Source: Promethearchaeota archaeon Loki_b31
GTDB taxonomy: Archaea > Asgardarchaeota > Lokiarchaeia > Sigyniarchaeales > SOKP01
Reading direction: 5' to 3'
Assembly (NCBI GenBank): GCA_005222975.1
Contig: NJBI01000044.1
Coordinates: 1-29,712 of the forward strand
DNA length: 29,712 nt
Shown in pieces: positions 1-8,687 of the stretch. The notes under the pieces were generated by a model. It was not told the DNA's origin and did no database searches. It saw only the letters and a list, made by a program, of their open reading frames with translations. Position 1 is the stretch's first letter; every line of letters begins with the position of its first letter. The position numbers and the translations under genes are program-made.

Positions 1-50
1 AAAAGCCAATAAATATATAAAATAAATGGAAATGAAGAATTGGAAAAGAT

Positions 51-566
51 GTGAAAAGAATGACAGTAGATTTTGAATTTAAAAAGCAAGTTATGGATTA
101 TCATATCGGGTCTGATTTAATAAAATATTGCTATCAATGTAGTCGTTGCGCAGATAACTGTCCAGTTACAGCTGTAACGACAGATTTCTATACGACTACG
201 GGATACAATCCAAGAAGTAATATACTAAATGCTTTGTTAGGATACAAAGATGCGATATTTTCTGCTGACCCCTTAACAATTTGGGGTTGTACAGTGTGCG
301 ATACCTGTGACGAGGTTTGTCCACAGAACATCGAATTAACTGAGATTTTTACACTTTTAAAAAATCAAAGTGTAGCAAATGGAACTGCGCCTGATTTTAT
401 TTATTCGCAAGCAAAAGCAATTTTTGACAATGCGAAGGCTATTCCGTCTCAGCCTGCTATAGTACGTAGACGAGAACAATTTGGTCTACCCGCTGTTGCG
501 GAGCCAGATGTTAGTGAATTCCAAACTTTATTAAAAAACATTGGAGTAGATAAAAAATTCAAATAA
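51..566 (+). CDS. hdrC: Heterodisulfide reductase subunit C (2x[4Fe-4S]); start may be ATG at 60
   Basis: Two ferredoxin motifs CYQCSRCADNCP and CTVCDTCDEVCP, the second in the HdrC-type 'IWGCxxCxxCxxxCP' context; directly upstream of hdrB. Confidence 0.9.
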   Translation: MKRMTVDFEFKKQVMDYHIGSDLIKYCYQCSRCADNCPVTAVTTDFYTTTGYNPRSNILNALLGYKDAIFSADPLTIWGCTVCDTCDEVCPQNIELTEIFTLLKNQSVANGTAPDFIYSQAKAIFDNAKAIPSQPAIVRRREQFGLPAVAEPDVSEFQTLLKNIGVDKKFK

Positions 567-581
567 GAGGTATGAAAAAAG

Positions 582-1454
582 ATGACAGAATATAAAATGT
601 TTGAAGGTTGTGTACTCGGAAACCGTATACCAGCTATAGAAGCCGCATGTAGAAAAGTTTTTGATAAAGTGGGTATTGAAACATCGCAAGCGCCGTTTTC
701 TTGTTGCCCTGATCCTACGGGCATGAAATCGTTTGATAACGACGCTTGGTTAGCAATTGGTGCGAGAAACTTATGTTTAGCAGAAGCTGAAGGAAAAGAC
801 ATAATTTCTTTGTGTAATGGTTGTACTAACACGCTTCGAGGCGTTCAGCATCAATTAAAACACGATTCGTGGAAAATGGACAAGGTAAATGGTGAGCTCG
901 CTAAAATTGGGAAGGAATACAAAGGATCCATTGATATTAAGCACTTTGTAGATGTGCTAAGCGATAATTTAGACAAGGTCAAAGGAGCAATTACTAAGCC
1001 ACTTGAGGGTCTTAAAGTTGCTGTCCATCCAGGATGTCATTATATGCGACCTGCTGAGTGGATGGAATCAGATGATCCCATGAGACCAACTACGCTAAAG
1101 AAGCTCGTAGAAGCAAGCGGAGCAACGGTTGTCGATTATGGAGAGGAAATCTTATGCTGCGGGAGTGCTGTAACTAACGCTTATGAGGAACACGGTTTTG
1201 CTAACTTAAAGATTAAGATGGATGCCATCAAAAAATCTGGCGCAGATGTGATTGCTGTAAATTGTCCCGCGTGTTATCAACAATTCGACACGAGACAGCG
1301 AGATTTAGGTAAGAAATACGAAACGGAATACGATACTCCCGTGATGTATATCACAGAGCTTTATGCTTTAGCGATGGGCTTCACTCCAGACGAGATCGGT
1401 TTGAAATTTCACAGAACTCGCATGAAATCCACATTAGAAAAACTTGGTTTGTAA
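582..1454 (+). CDS. hdrB: Heterodisulfide reductase subunit B (two CCG domains)
   Basis: FEGC...SCCP...CNGC in the first CCG domain; HPGCH...CCG...CPACYQQFD in the second; GAGGT SD-like sequence upstream. Confidence 0.92.
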   Translation: MTEYKMFEGCVLGNRIPAIEAACRKVFDKVGIETSQAPFSCCPDPTGMKSFDNDAWLAIGARNLCLAEAEGKDIISLCNGCTNTLRGVQHQLKHDSWKMDKVNGELAKIGKEYKGSIDIKHFVDVLSDNLDKVKGAITKPLEGLKVAVHPGCHYMRPAEWMESDDPMRPTTLKKLVEASGATVVDYGEEILCCGSAVTNAYEEHGFANLKIKMDAIKKSGADVIAVNCPACYQQFDTRQRDLGKKYETEYDTPVMYITELYALAMGFTPDEIGLKFHRTRMKSTLEKLGL

Positions 1455-1500
1455 ACAAATTTTAAACTTTATTTTTTTATTTATTTTCTTTATTAATTAC
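1455..1500 (+). terminator. T-rich stretch between convergent genes, probable archaeal oligo-T terminator of hdrCB
   Basis: tttatttttttatttattttcttt just after the hdrB stop. Confidence 0.35.
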
Positions 1501-1512
1501 TTCTTAAAACAT

Positions 1513-2562
1513 TTAACTTGTTAAACTCTTTTTTAAAAATAATATTAGGAGAATAATCCCTATTCCCGAAATCATAAAAGTGAATATAAGGTAGAGGATA
1601 TTATGTATTATAAAAGGTACAAAACAAAAAATAGAAGTTCCAATTAATAATATAGCCAATAGTTTAAAAATATCTTTAGAAACAATAATATTCTCTATTA
1701 TTAAAGAGTCCTTGAACTCAATTTCCTCTATAGGATTGCTCATATACTCAATAATCCCGATTAACACATAAAAGCTTATAATAATTAAATGTGGAATTAT
1801 TCCAGGAATCAATTCAGGTCCAAATGTAAAATAAGTGAATATATATAGACCAATTAAATAAAAAATAACTAATAAAAACCCTTTATTTCCGAGTTTTAAA
1901 GAATAGACTGAAAACTTTCTTGGTTTTCTCTTTTTAATTAAAAATAATAATAAAATAATAAGTCCGAGGCTTGAAATAAGAGCTATGTCTGCTATAAGCA
2001 AGTTAGGGCCTGAGCTAGCAGAAAGAAATACCGAGGCAATTAATATAGTAAATATGAATATTAAGAAGAATTTGGAATCTTTTTTAATATATTCTAAATG
2101 TGAAGGAAAAACTTTTTGTTCTATAGTTAGTTTCTTGTTTTCCGATAATACAAAAATTTCATAGATAAGAATGGGGAAAACAAATGCTTGAAGGGGATGC
2201 CAGAAAAATACGAGGACTAGAAATTCTATGATCGCGATTCCGCCAACTAGTCCTAAAATAGGACCGCCTGATCCCGGATAACCCCACCAGAGGACTTTAG
2301 TAATCCAAGCCTCATAGAGTCCAAATAAAACACCCCATAAATATAAGTGTGGAATTGAAGTTCTTTTAGTTCTCATTGCTAAATTGAGAAAAAATAGAAG
2401 ATGTGCTAAATAAAGCGGGAAAGTGACAATAAGAGACCAAGGGTCGATAATCCAAATCAGTGATGATCCCACAACAACTTCAGCAAAAAACATTGATAAA
2501 CAACCGATAAGTAAAATTGCAACTAAGTCTGTTTCTGAAGTGAATTTTTCATTTTGTTTCAA
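1513..2562 (-). CDS. Polytopic membrane protein of unknown function
   Basis: 349 aa ORF with about ten hydrophobic segments; 'LWGVLFGLYEAWITKVLW' and 'FWHPL' motifs; TTG start with AGGT upstream. Confidence 0.75.
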   Translation of the reverse strand: MKQNEKFTSETDLVAILLIGCLSMFFAEVVVGSSLIWIIDPWSLIVTFPLYLAHLLFFLNLAMRTKRTSIPHLYLWGVLFGLYEAWITKVLWWGYPGSGGPILGLVGGIAIIEFLVLVFFWHPLQAFVFPILIYEIFVLSENKKLTIEQKVFPSHLEYIKKDSKFFLIFIFTILIASVFLSASSGPNLLIADIALISSLGLIILLLFLIKKRKPRKFSVYSLKLGNKGFLLVIFYLIGLYIFTYFTFGPELIPGIIPHLIIISFYVLIGIIEYMSNPIEEIEFKDSLIIENIIVSKDIFKLLAILLIGTSIFCFVPFIIHNILYLIFTFMISGIGIILLILFLKKSLTS

Positions 2563-2821
2563 AAGAATTACCTAAGTTCTCATTCATATATATTTAAATC
2601 AATGGTATATCAAAATCATTTTTTATCAAATTTATAATTTTTTTTTTAGCATTAAAGTTTTATACAAATAGTCTTAGTTTTGAATAGTAAAGAATAAAAA
2701 TATTGAAGTTAATTAATTTATTGGAACTTATTTCTTCAGGTAAAGAAATTCTTATTAGGTATAGGACATATGTTTTTACTACTTAAAGTAACTAAAAGTA
2801 TAGAAAAGGAGAAAAAATTAA

Positions 2822-3604
2822 ATGATATCGTTCGATAAAGAGAGGTCCCCGCCCTGGTTTTTTCAATACATCGAGAATTATTCGCATATAATGTTAGATT
2901 TGCGATTCAACACGGATAGCGTAATGGTAGAAACGTTAAATTTTTCGTTAGATTTAGAATTTCAGGGATTTGAAGGCTTAATTTTTTACATTTACAAACC
3001 AAACTTAAATAAAATCGAGTTCGACATTCTCGACCATAGGACAGTGTTCATTAATACAATAAAGAATTTGCATATTAATGTTAAAGATTATACCTCTTCA
3101 GATTCGCTAGATTTTATCCTTATCCCTTTTGGGCTCTTCAAAGAAGACCATAAGTTTATTCCAGTAATACACAGCGGAAATGTAGAATCAAATTATCAGA
3201 TATTTACTTGGTCTCCTTCGCTACTTTTTAAAAACATTAAATCGATAATTAAAATTGCAAATACATACGACGAAATAGTGCCGCTAGCGTATTTAGATCG
3301 GTACTACTATCGATTTGATAGCTCATTTAAAGGAAATAAGACGGAATTTCTTTTCAGTCTTATTAATATCCTCATTAGTCTTGAGGATATGCCCGATATT
3401 GAACCTTTAGTTTCTAAGATAAAAGGGTTAATCACAAAAACTAACGAGCTTTTATTTGAATTGTGCCAAAGATCAATTCCTTTAGAAATGATTAACCTTC
3501 TCAAAGAATTAGAGCGGTTGAAATTCAACGTTGACAATTTATCTAAAGAAGAAATCTTTAATTGGCTCGACGACCTGTTAAATTTTTATACGGATAAGGT
3601 TTAA
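2822..3604 (+). CDS. Hypothetical soluble protein
   Basis: 260 aa ATG ORF preceded by AAGGAG; no recognisable motif. Confidence 0.7.
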   Translation: MISFDKERSPPWFFQYIENYSHIMLDLRFNTDSVMVETLNFSLDLEFQGFEGLIFYIYKPNLNKIEFDILDHRTVFINTIKNLHINVKDYTSSDSLDFILIPFGLFKEDHKFIPVIHSGNVESNYQIFTWSPSLLFKNIKSIIKIANTYDEIVPLAYLDRYYYRFDSSFKGNKTEFLFSLINILISLEDMPDIEPLVSKIKGLITKTNELLFELCQRSIPLEMINLLKELERLKFNVDNLSKEEIFNWLDDLLNFYTDKV

Positions 3605-3688
3605 ACGACTTTATTATTTTTATGGATGACTACTATGTCATAATCCTGCTAAGATTAAATAATGAAAAAAAAGAAAAATTTTCTTATC

Positions 3689-4234
3689 TTATTTTTTAAA
3701 TTTTTTTATAACGACAAGAATTAACGCTACTAAGAAGAAAATTGCTCCAACAATCAAGAAACCAAATTTAATCGTCGCAGATAGTGATGCAATTAAAGGT
3801 ACGAACGATGCAAACGCGGGGGCTTCGTTAAGCATGATGAGTAAATTTATGTTTTCTATAATATCAAAAATTCCGGCGATAATTGGCGTTAAGCTCATGT
3901 AAAGGCCAATATTTAGGATTTCCTCATTCAATTTTCTCGAAACGAGTAAAATCAATGCAAAAAGAGGTACTGTGTAACCAATGATATAAAGAAAGTCCCA
4001 GTACACTCCTGCCGCTTGCGATGCCATTTCTTCAGCACCCCAAAATGAAAAGATCCCTAATATTTGCTCTGTAGTCCAAGCAAATTCAAAGTCTAAGATA
4101 TTATACATACCTCCTGAATATGCCAACGGTTCAAAAATCAGTATGTTAATTGTAAGAAAAATGACAATTGCTATAGCCGCTACTATTAATAGAATTAAAT
4201 CGCTAGGATATTTTTTTAATTTTTCTAAAAACAT
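3689..4234 (-). CDS. Four-TM membrane protein of unknown function
   Basis: 181 aa; 'ILDFEFAWT', 'DFLYIIGY' and 'AGIFDIIEN' motifs; four hydrophobic helices. Confidence 0.75.
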   Translation of the reverse strand: MFLEKLKKYPSDLILLIVAAIAIVIFLTINILIFEPLAYSGGMYNILDFEFAWTTEQILGIFSFWGAEEMASQAAGVYWDFLYIIGYTVPLFALILLVSRKLNEEILNIGLYMSLTPIIAGIFDIIENINLLIMLNEAPAFASFVPLIASLSATIKFGFLIVGAIFFLVALILVVIKKFKK

Positions 4235-4398
4235 ATTATTTCACGTTTTAAAACCTAAAATTTAACTAACGAAAGTTATGATAATAAATTAAATTTAACT
4301 TATTTTGCTTATATTAAAATAAACAAATATAATCATTAATTATTTTTAGGTTCTAATATTAGAAAAATTAGATATATTTCTTTTAAAATTGTAAAATT

Positions 4399-4647
4399 AT
4401 GTGCCTCGCTATCCCTGGAAAAATTATTCAGATTAATGCCGAAAAAAGTTCCGCTTTGGTAGACTTTGATGGAATACAACAAAATGTTATAACTGCTTTA
4501 ATTTTAAACCCAGAAGTTGGAAAGTATGTAATCGTACACGCAGGGTACGCCATCGAACAAATGAACGAAAACGACGCTCTTGAAGCGATTGAGCAATGGA
4601 AAGCGATTGCCGACGATCAGAGCCTTAACTTATCTGATATTATGTAA
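4399..4647 (+). CDS. hypC: [NiFe]-hydrogenase maturation chaperone HypC
   Basis: N-terminal MCLAIPGKI and 'VGKYVIVHAGYAI' signature. Confidence 0.95.
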   Translation: MCLAIPGKIIQINAEKSSALVDFDGIQQNVITALILNPEVGKYVIVHAGYAIEQMNENDALEAIEQWKAIADDQSLNLSDIM

Positions 4648-4681
4648 TTTTATTCTTTATTAGGAAAAAACTTAATCAAAA

Positions 4682-4867
4682 CTATTTCTTCTTTTTCTCA
4701 GAAGTTGCCATTACTAAGTATCCCGCGTTTGAGAATAAAGCTATACTAACAAATAATAAAATTACCATATCAATAATAACATTGGGATTTCCAAACATAT
4801 CAAAAAGAAGCGCCATTATCAAGCAAAGCATTCCTAAGGCCAATAGATTTTCCTTTTTCTTAACCAT
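4682..4867 (-). CDS. Small two-TM membrane protein (start probably ATG at 4867, MVKKKENLL...)
   Basis: Two hydrophobic helices flanked by Lys runs; AGGAGG about 12 nt upstream of ATG 4867. Confidence 0.6.
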   Translation of the reverse strand: MVKKKENLLALGMLCLIMALLFDMFGNPNVIIDMVILLFVSIALFSNAGYLVMATSEKKKK

Positions 4868-5019
4868 TTTGATTTCATCCCTCCTTTCGTTAATTAATTT
4901 TAATTTTTTTTGGATTTCTCCAATCCATGAGATCAAATTAAATATTAAATTGCTTTTCTATATAGTATATATAGAGTTTTAAAAAAGGGTAAGGAATAGA
5001 AGATAGTCTAAACTCTGTG

Positions 5020-5823
5020 CTATAAATCAAATAACTCGATTTTAAGCTGCTTCAATTTGCCAAATAGTTTTTTAATGGCGCCAATAGCCTTTGAATTTGG
5101 ATTAAAATCTAATGGGGAGGTTCCATTCAAATCAGCTTTTCCAATTTCGGAGTCGAAAGGAATTGAGTGATATAATGGAACTTTCCAATCTCTAATACGA
5201 TCGTTGATAATACTTAATTGAGATTCATCAATCACTTTGTTAACAATAAGATAGATGTTAATTACGCCTAATTTTCTCGATAAGTCAATTATTTTAGAGC
5301 AAAGGTCTAAAGATTTCTGAGAAGGTTCAGCTATTACCAGCATGACGTCGATTCCTTTAGCAGTGCCACGACCTAAATGTTCTAAACCCGCTTCGAAATC
5401 AACGATTACTACTTCGTCTCTTTTTACAAGCAAGTTATATAATAAAGTCCTGATCAAAGCATTTTCGGGGCATAAGCACCCTGAGGCGGGTTCTACAATT
5501 CCTCCTAATACTAGCAGATGCAAATTATTTGGACCAGAGGCTTTAAATTTATCCGGAATATCGGAGACATTTGGAGTTATGTTATAAACGCCTGGACCAG
5601 CACCCTTAACAACAGTACGTTCCTCAATCATTTTTTTCATTTCTGAAATCGGGACAATCTTTGATTTGACCGTTTCGCTTATTCCTAATGTATAGCTTAG
5701 GTTCATCGCCGAATCGTTGTCAATAGCTAAAACTTTAAACCCATCTATAGCAAAAAGTCGCGCTAAAGTTCCAGCGATTAAAGTCTTACCCACACCGCCT
5801 TTACCGGCTACAGCAATTTTAAT
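5020..5823 (-). CDS. cooC: CO dehydrogenase/ACS nickel-insertion ATPase CooC (MinD/ParA family), extended to an ATT start at 5823
   Basis: Deviant Walker A (I)KIAVAGKGGVGKT, Ni-binding GCLCP, DFEAGLEHLGRG. The ORF-track GTG at 5793 lies inside the P-loop, so the real start must be upstream. Confidence 0.9.
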   Translation of the reverse strand: MKIAVAGKGGVGKTLIAGTLARLFAIDGFKVLAIDNDSAMNLSYTLGISETVKSKIVPISEMKKMIEERTVVKGAGPGVYNITPNVSDIPDKFKASGPNNLHLLVLGGIVEPASGCLCPENALIRTLLYNLLVKRDEVVIVDFEAGLEHLGRGTAKGIDVMLVIAEPSQKSLDLCSKIIDLSRKLGVINIYLIVNKVIDESQLSIINDRIRDWKVPLYHSIPFDSEIGKADLNGTSPLDFNPNSKAIGAIKKLFGKLKQLKIELFDL

Positions 5824-5999
5824 TCTAAATCTACCTTTTTATTAATTATTTGGTTTGTTTTAATTATTTTTTAACTGAAATTAAATTTTTAGGTTAAGTT
5901 TAGTAATAATCTGTAGAAGATTGTTTATCTTAGATAAAAAATTTGCCTAAAAATTTATGGTATATTAGTTTAGGAGGAGTCAAAATTGAACTATAAGAT

Positions 6000-6260
6000 T
6001 TAAAGATTCTTACCCATACTTTGCATTCTTTTTGATATTTTCATCATTTCACTAAAGATCTTCTCGTTATCTTTCGGATTTTTACAAACGATTAGTTTTT
6101 CATTTAAATCTTTTATTTTTATTGTTAATTCTATAAATTCCTTAGGTGGTTTTAGTTGGTAATGATGAATTAATTCGCCGTTATCTTTAATTTCAATAAA
6201 AACCCATCTATTATCTTTTTGGGACCAATTCCACCTGTTATGCGTTAATTCTCTTGCCAT
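6000..6260 (-). CDS. Small hypothetical protein
   Basis: 86 aa ATG ORF with a Trp-rich beta region and two C-terminal helices; no family recognised. Confidence 0.6.
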   Translation of the reverse strand: MARELTHNRWNWSQKDNRWVFIEIKDNGELIHHYQLKPPKEFIELTIKIKDLNEKLIVCKNPKDNEKIFSEMMKISKRMQSMGKNL

Positions 6261-6452
6261 TCAATTTTTCACAATTCATCTAAAATAAATTAGCTAGTAA
6301 TTTTTGATAGTAATCAAATATCTATGAGCTAAAACCTTGTTATTGTTATTATTTTATACGAAGATATATTTATTGTTTTTTAAAAAAAATATTAATGAGT
6401 TATTAAGAAACAACGAAAAAATTAAAATTGAAAGTTTTTAAAATTACTAGTT

Positions 6453-7862
6453 TTAACAACTTGATTTCGAGAGCATATCTATAGCAGCTTCTCGAACGTC
6501 AATGTCCTTATCTCTTTGAAGTTCTTTCAACATATCTACCTTTTCAATATTCTCGAAATTCTGTAAAGCTTTAATGAGGTATAGTTTTACGATCCAATCG
6601 TCGTCTTTAACTAGTCCTTTGAAAGCGTCAAAAACTTTAGGTCCTTTTATGAAGCTTAATACTTTAATTGCGTATGTTCTTAAATCTCTATTGCTCCTAC
6701 TTAAATCTTCTACAAGCTGGGCTACAATCACATCCTTAGAATCATTAGTCAGTTCTTTATACATTTTAAAGAAAAGGGTAGGTGGAAAGTTTTCAAAAAC
6801 AATCTGGTCAGGTATTATAACGGGTTCTATATTATCAAATACCTGCTCTTCACGAACTTTTAATTCTACTATCAAATCGCTTAACTGTTTGTTAGCGTTT
6901 TCGATCTTTTGTAATTTTACATCTAAATTTTCTAATTCTTCGTCTCTTTCTGAAATATTCTTAAGAAACTCTTCAATTTTTTGCTTTAAGCTTTCTATAA
7001 TGGATATATTCGTATTTATGATGTCTTTTAACTCGGTATTTTCTACTTCTAACCGTAATAAATTGCCCTTTAATTCTTCTAAATTATCGCCGATTTCAAC
7101 GCCTTCTGGAGAAGCTTGTTCATGAAATTTTACGGTTTCTTCTATTTTCTGTTGTAAATAATTAACCTTTTCGTGATATTGATCGTTGTCAAAAGTTAAC
7201 TGGTCGATAATTTTATTTGACTCATCTAATTCGTGGATGTATTGAGTTTTAGCCGCATTATTCTCTTGTAGATTCGTTTTAAGCCCTTCTAATTCTTGCT
7301 TTAACGATTCGATTTGAACGCGGCTAATCCCGTTTTCTTCGGTTAATTGAAAAATCAGTTTTTTCGCATTTATTAAATCTTGATTTTCTTCTCCAATATC
7401 TCCTTCTTTAAATAAGAGTTCTTCTTGCAATTCTTTTATTTTGTTGTTCAAACTCTCGATTTCAAGGCGATTTGTCTCGTTTTCTTCAGTCAATTGCACA
7501 ATAACTTTGTTTGTGTAAATTAATTCTTCATTTTCTTCTTGAAATGTTTGAGCGTTTTCAAATTCCTTCGATATTTCCGCAATAGTTTGTTGTAGGATTT
7601 CAATATCTTTTTCCTTTTTGATAATATCTTGTCTTTGGTTCGTAACTAAATCTTTTAACACGAAAATATCTTCCGGGGTATTATTTTCTTTGAATTCAGA
7701 AAGTTTAGTTTTTTGGTTTTGTATAATTATTTTTTGCTCATCAATAGTAAAGTTCAATCGCTGAACTTCTTCTGTTAATCGACTTATAATTGTTTCCATG
7801 TCGGAGTGAGCTTTATTTGTGTAATCAACTGAATCTATTAAATCTTTTAATTCTTTACTCAT
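6453..7862 (-). CDS. Long coiled-coil protein with C-terminal HEAT (HEAT_2/PBS-like) repeats
   Basis: About 340 aa of E/K/Q/N/L heptads, then 'LRTYAIKVLSFI', 'DDDWIVKLYLIKAL', 'DKDIDVREAAIDML'. Confidence 0.8.
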   Translation of the reverse strand: MSKELKDLIDSVDYTNKAHSDMETIISRLTEEVQRLNFTIDEQKIIIQNQKTKLSEFKENNTPEDIFVLKDLVTNQRQDIIKKEKDIEILQQTIAEISKEFENAQTFQEENEELIYTNKVIVQLTEENETNRLEIESLNNKIKELQEELLFKEGDIGEENQDLINAKKLIFQLTEENGISRVQIESLKQELEGLKTNLQENNAAKTQYIHELDESNKIIDQLTFDNDQYHEKVNYLQQKIEETVKFHEQASPEGVEIGDNLEELKGNLLRLEVENTELKDIINTNISIIESLKQKIEEFLKNISERDEELENLDVKLQKIENANKQLSDLIVELKVREEQVFDNIEPVIIPDQIVFENFPPTLFFKMYKELTNDSKDVIVAQLVEDLSRSNRDLRTYAIKVLSFIKGPKVFDAFKGLVKDDDWIVKLYLIKALQNFENIEKVDMLKELQRDKDIDVREAAIDMLSKSSC

Positions 7863-8057
7863 TTTAATAGCGTATTTATGTTCTAATTTGAATTATTAAT
7901 AAAGGTTTTGGCTAATAAATCTTTCCTTAATTTGATTTAAGGTTTTTGATCGTAATATTAAAAAAAGAGGTTATGATGATAGTGATGAATACTAAGATTA
8001 CTAATTAAATACCAGGTACAAAGCAAAATTAAAAAAAAAATGAACTAAATTGTAATA

Positions 8058-8534
8058 TTATAAAATTTCAATTTTTTGAATATTATCTCCCTTCTGAATC
8101 GTATCGACTACATTCTGATCCTCGGGACCTATTATTGCTCCAAATATGGTATGCTTATTATTTAAATGTGGGGTAGGAACATGAGTTATGAAAAATTGAG
8201 ACCCGTTTGTGTTTGGTCCCGCATTTGCCATTGCTAAGATACCAGGTTTATCAAAAGTTCTCACCGATTGAAACTCGTCCGAAAAGGGGTAAGATATGTC
8301 TTTTCCTTGAAATGGAAACGAATTTATTCCCTTTTGTTTTGGTCCGTGCATTCCTGTACCCGTTGGACAACCCCCTTGTATCATAAAGTCTTGAATTACG
8401 CGATGAAATGTCAATCCATTGTAATAACTCCGCTTAGCTAAGTATAAAAAGCTCGCAACGGCGAGAGGAGCGTCATCGTCAAACATCAAAAGATTTATAG
8501 TTCCTTTAGTAGTAATTAATTTTATTTTAGTCAT
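8058..8534 (-). CDS. ppiB: Cyclophilin-type peptidyl-prolyl cis-trans isomerase
   Basis: YYNGLTFHRVIQDFMIQGG, GILAMANAGPNTNGSQFFIT, HLNNKHTIFG. Confidence 0.95.
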   Translation of the reverse strand: MTKIKLITTKGTINLLMFDDDAPLAVASFLYLAKRSYYNGLTFHRVIQDFMIQGGCPTGTGMHGPKQKGINSFPFQGKDISYPFSDEFQSVRTFDKPGILAMANAGPNTNGSQFFITHVPTPHLNNKHTIFGAIIGPEDQNVVDTIQKGDNIQKIEIL

Positions 8535-8687
8535 AATATTTGTTTTAGTGCGTTATTGCTAAAAATATTTATTAAAAAATACTTTAGAAACCTTATATTA
8601 AACTATCTAAAATATAAAAACTTTAAAATTAATAGCTATAAAACACTTATGTAATTAAACTTAAAATCACTTAGCGTCAATGCAAAA

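Noticed and set aside
449-832. Antisense and alternate-frame ORFs in the track (449-832, 3307-3537, 4782-4982, 5342-5587, 6574-7125, 9566-10000, 10308-10496, 11614-11874, 12510-12716, 14972-15154, 15341-15559, 16121-16339, 17427-17621, 19520-19768, 24323-24565, 25221-25430, 26590-26778, 27566-27748, 28058-28285)
   Set aside because: They overlap better-supported genes and carry no recognisable motifs; treated as shadow ORFs
5924-5938. Palindrome TTTATCTTAGATAA shared with 24518-24531
   Set aside because: A 14-mer match is expected by chance in 30 kb of very AT-rich DNA, and the downstream genes are unrelated
7973-8008. 11-codon ORF MMIVMNTKITN preceded by GAGG
   Set aside because: Too short to support without conservation or ribosome data
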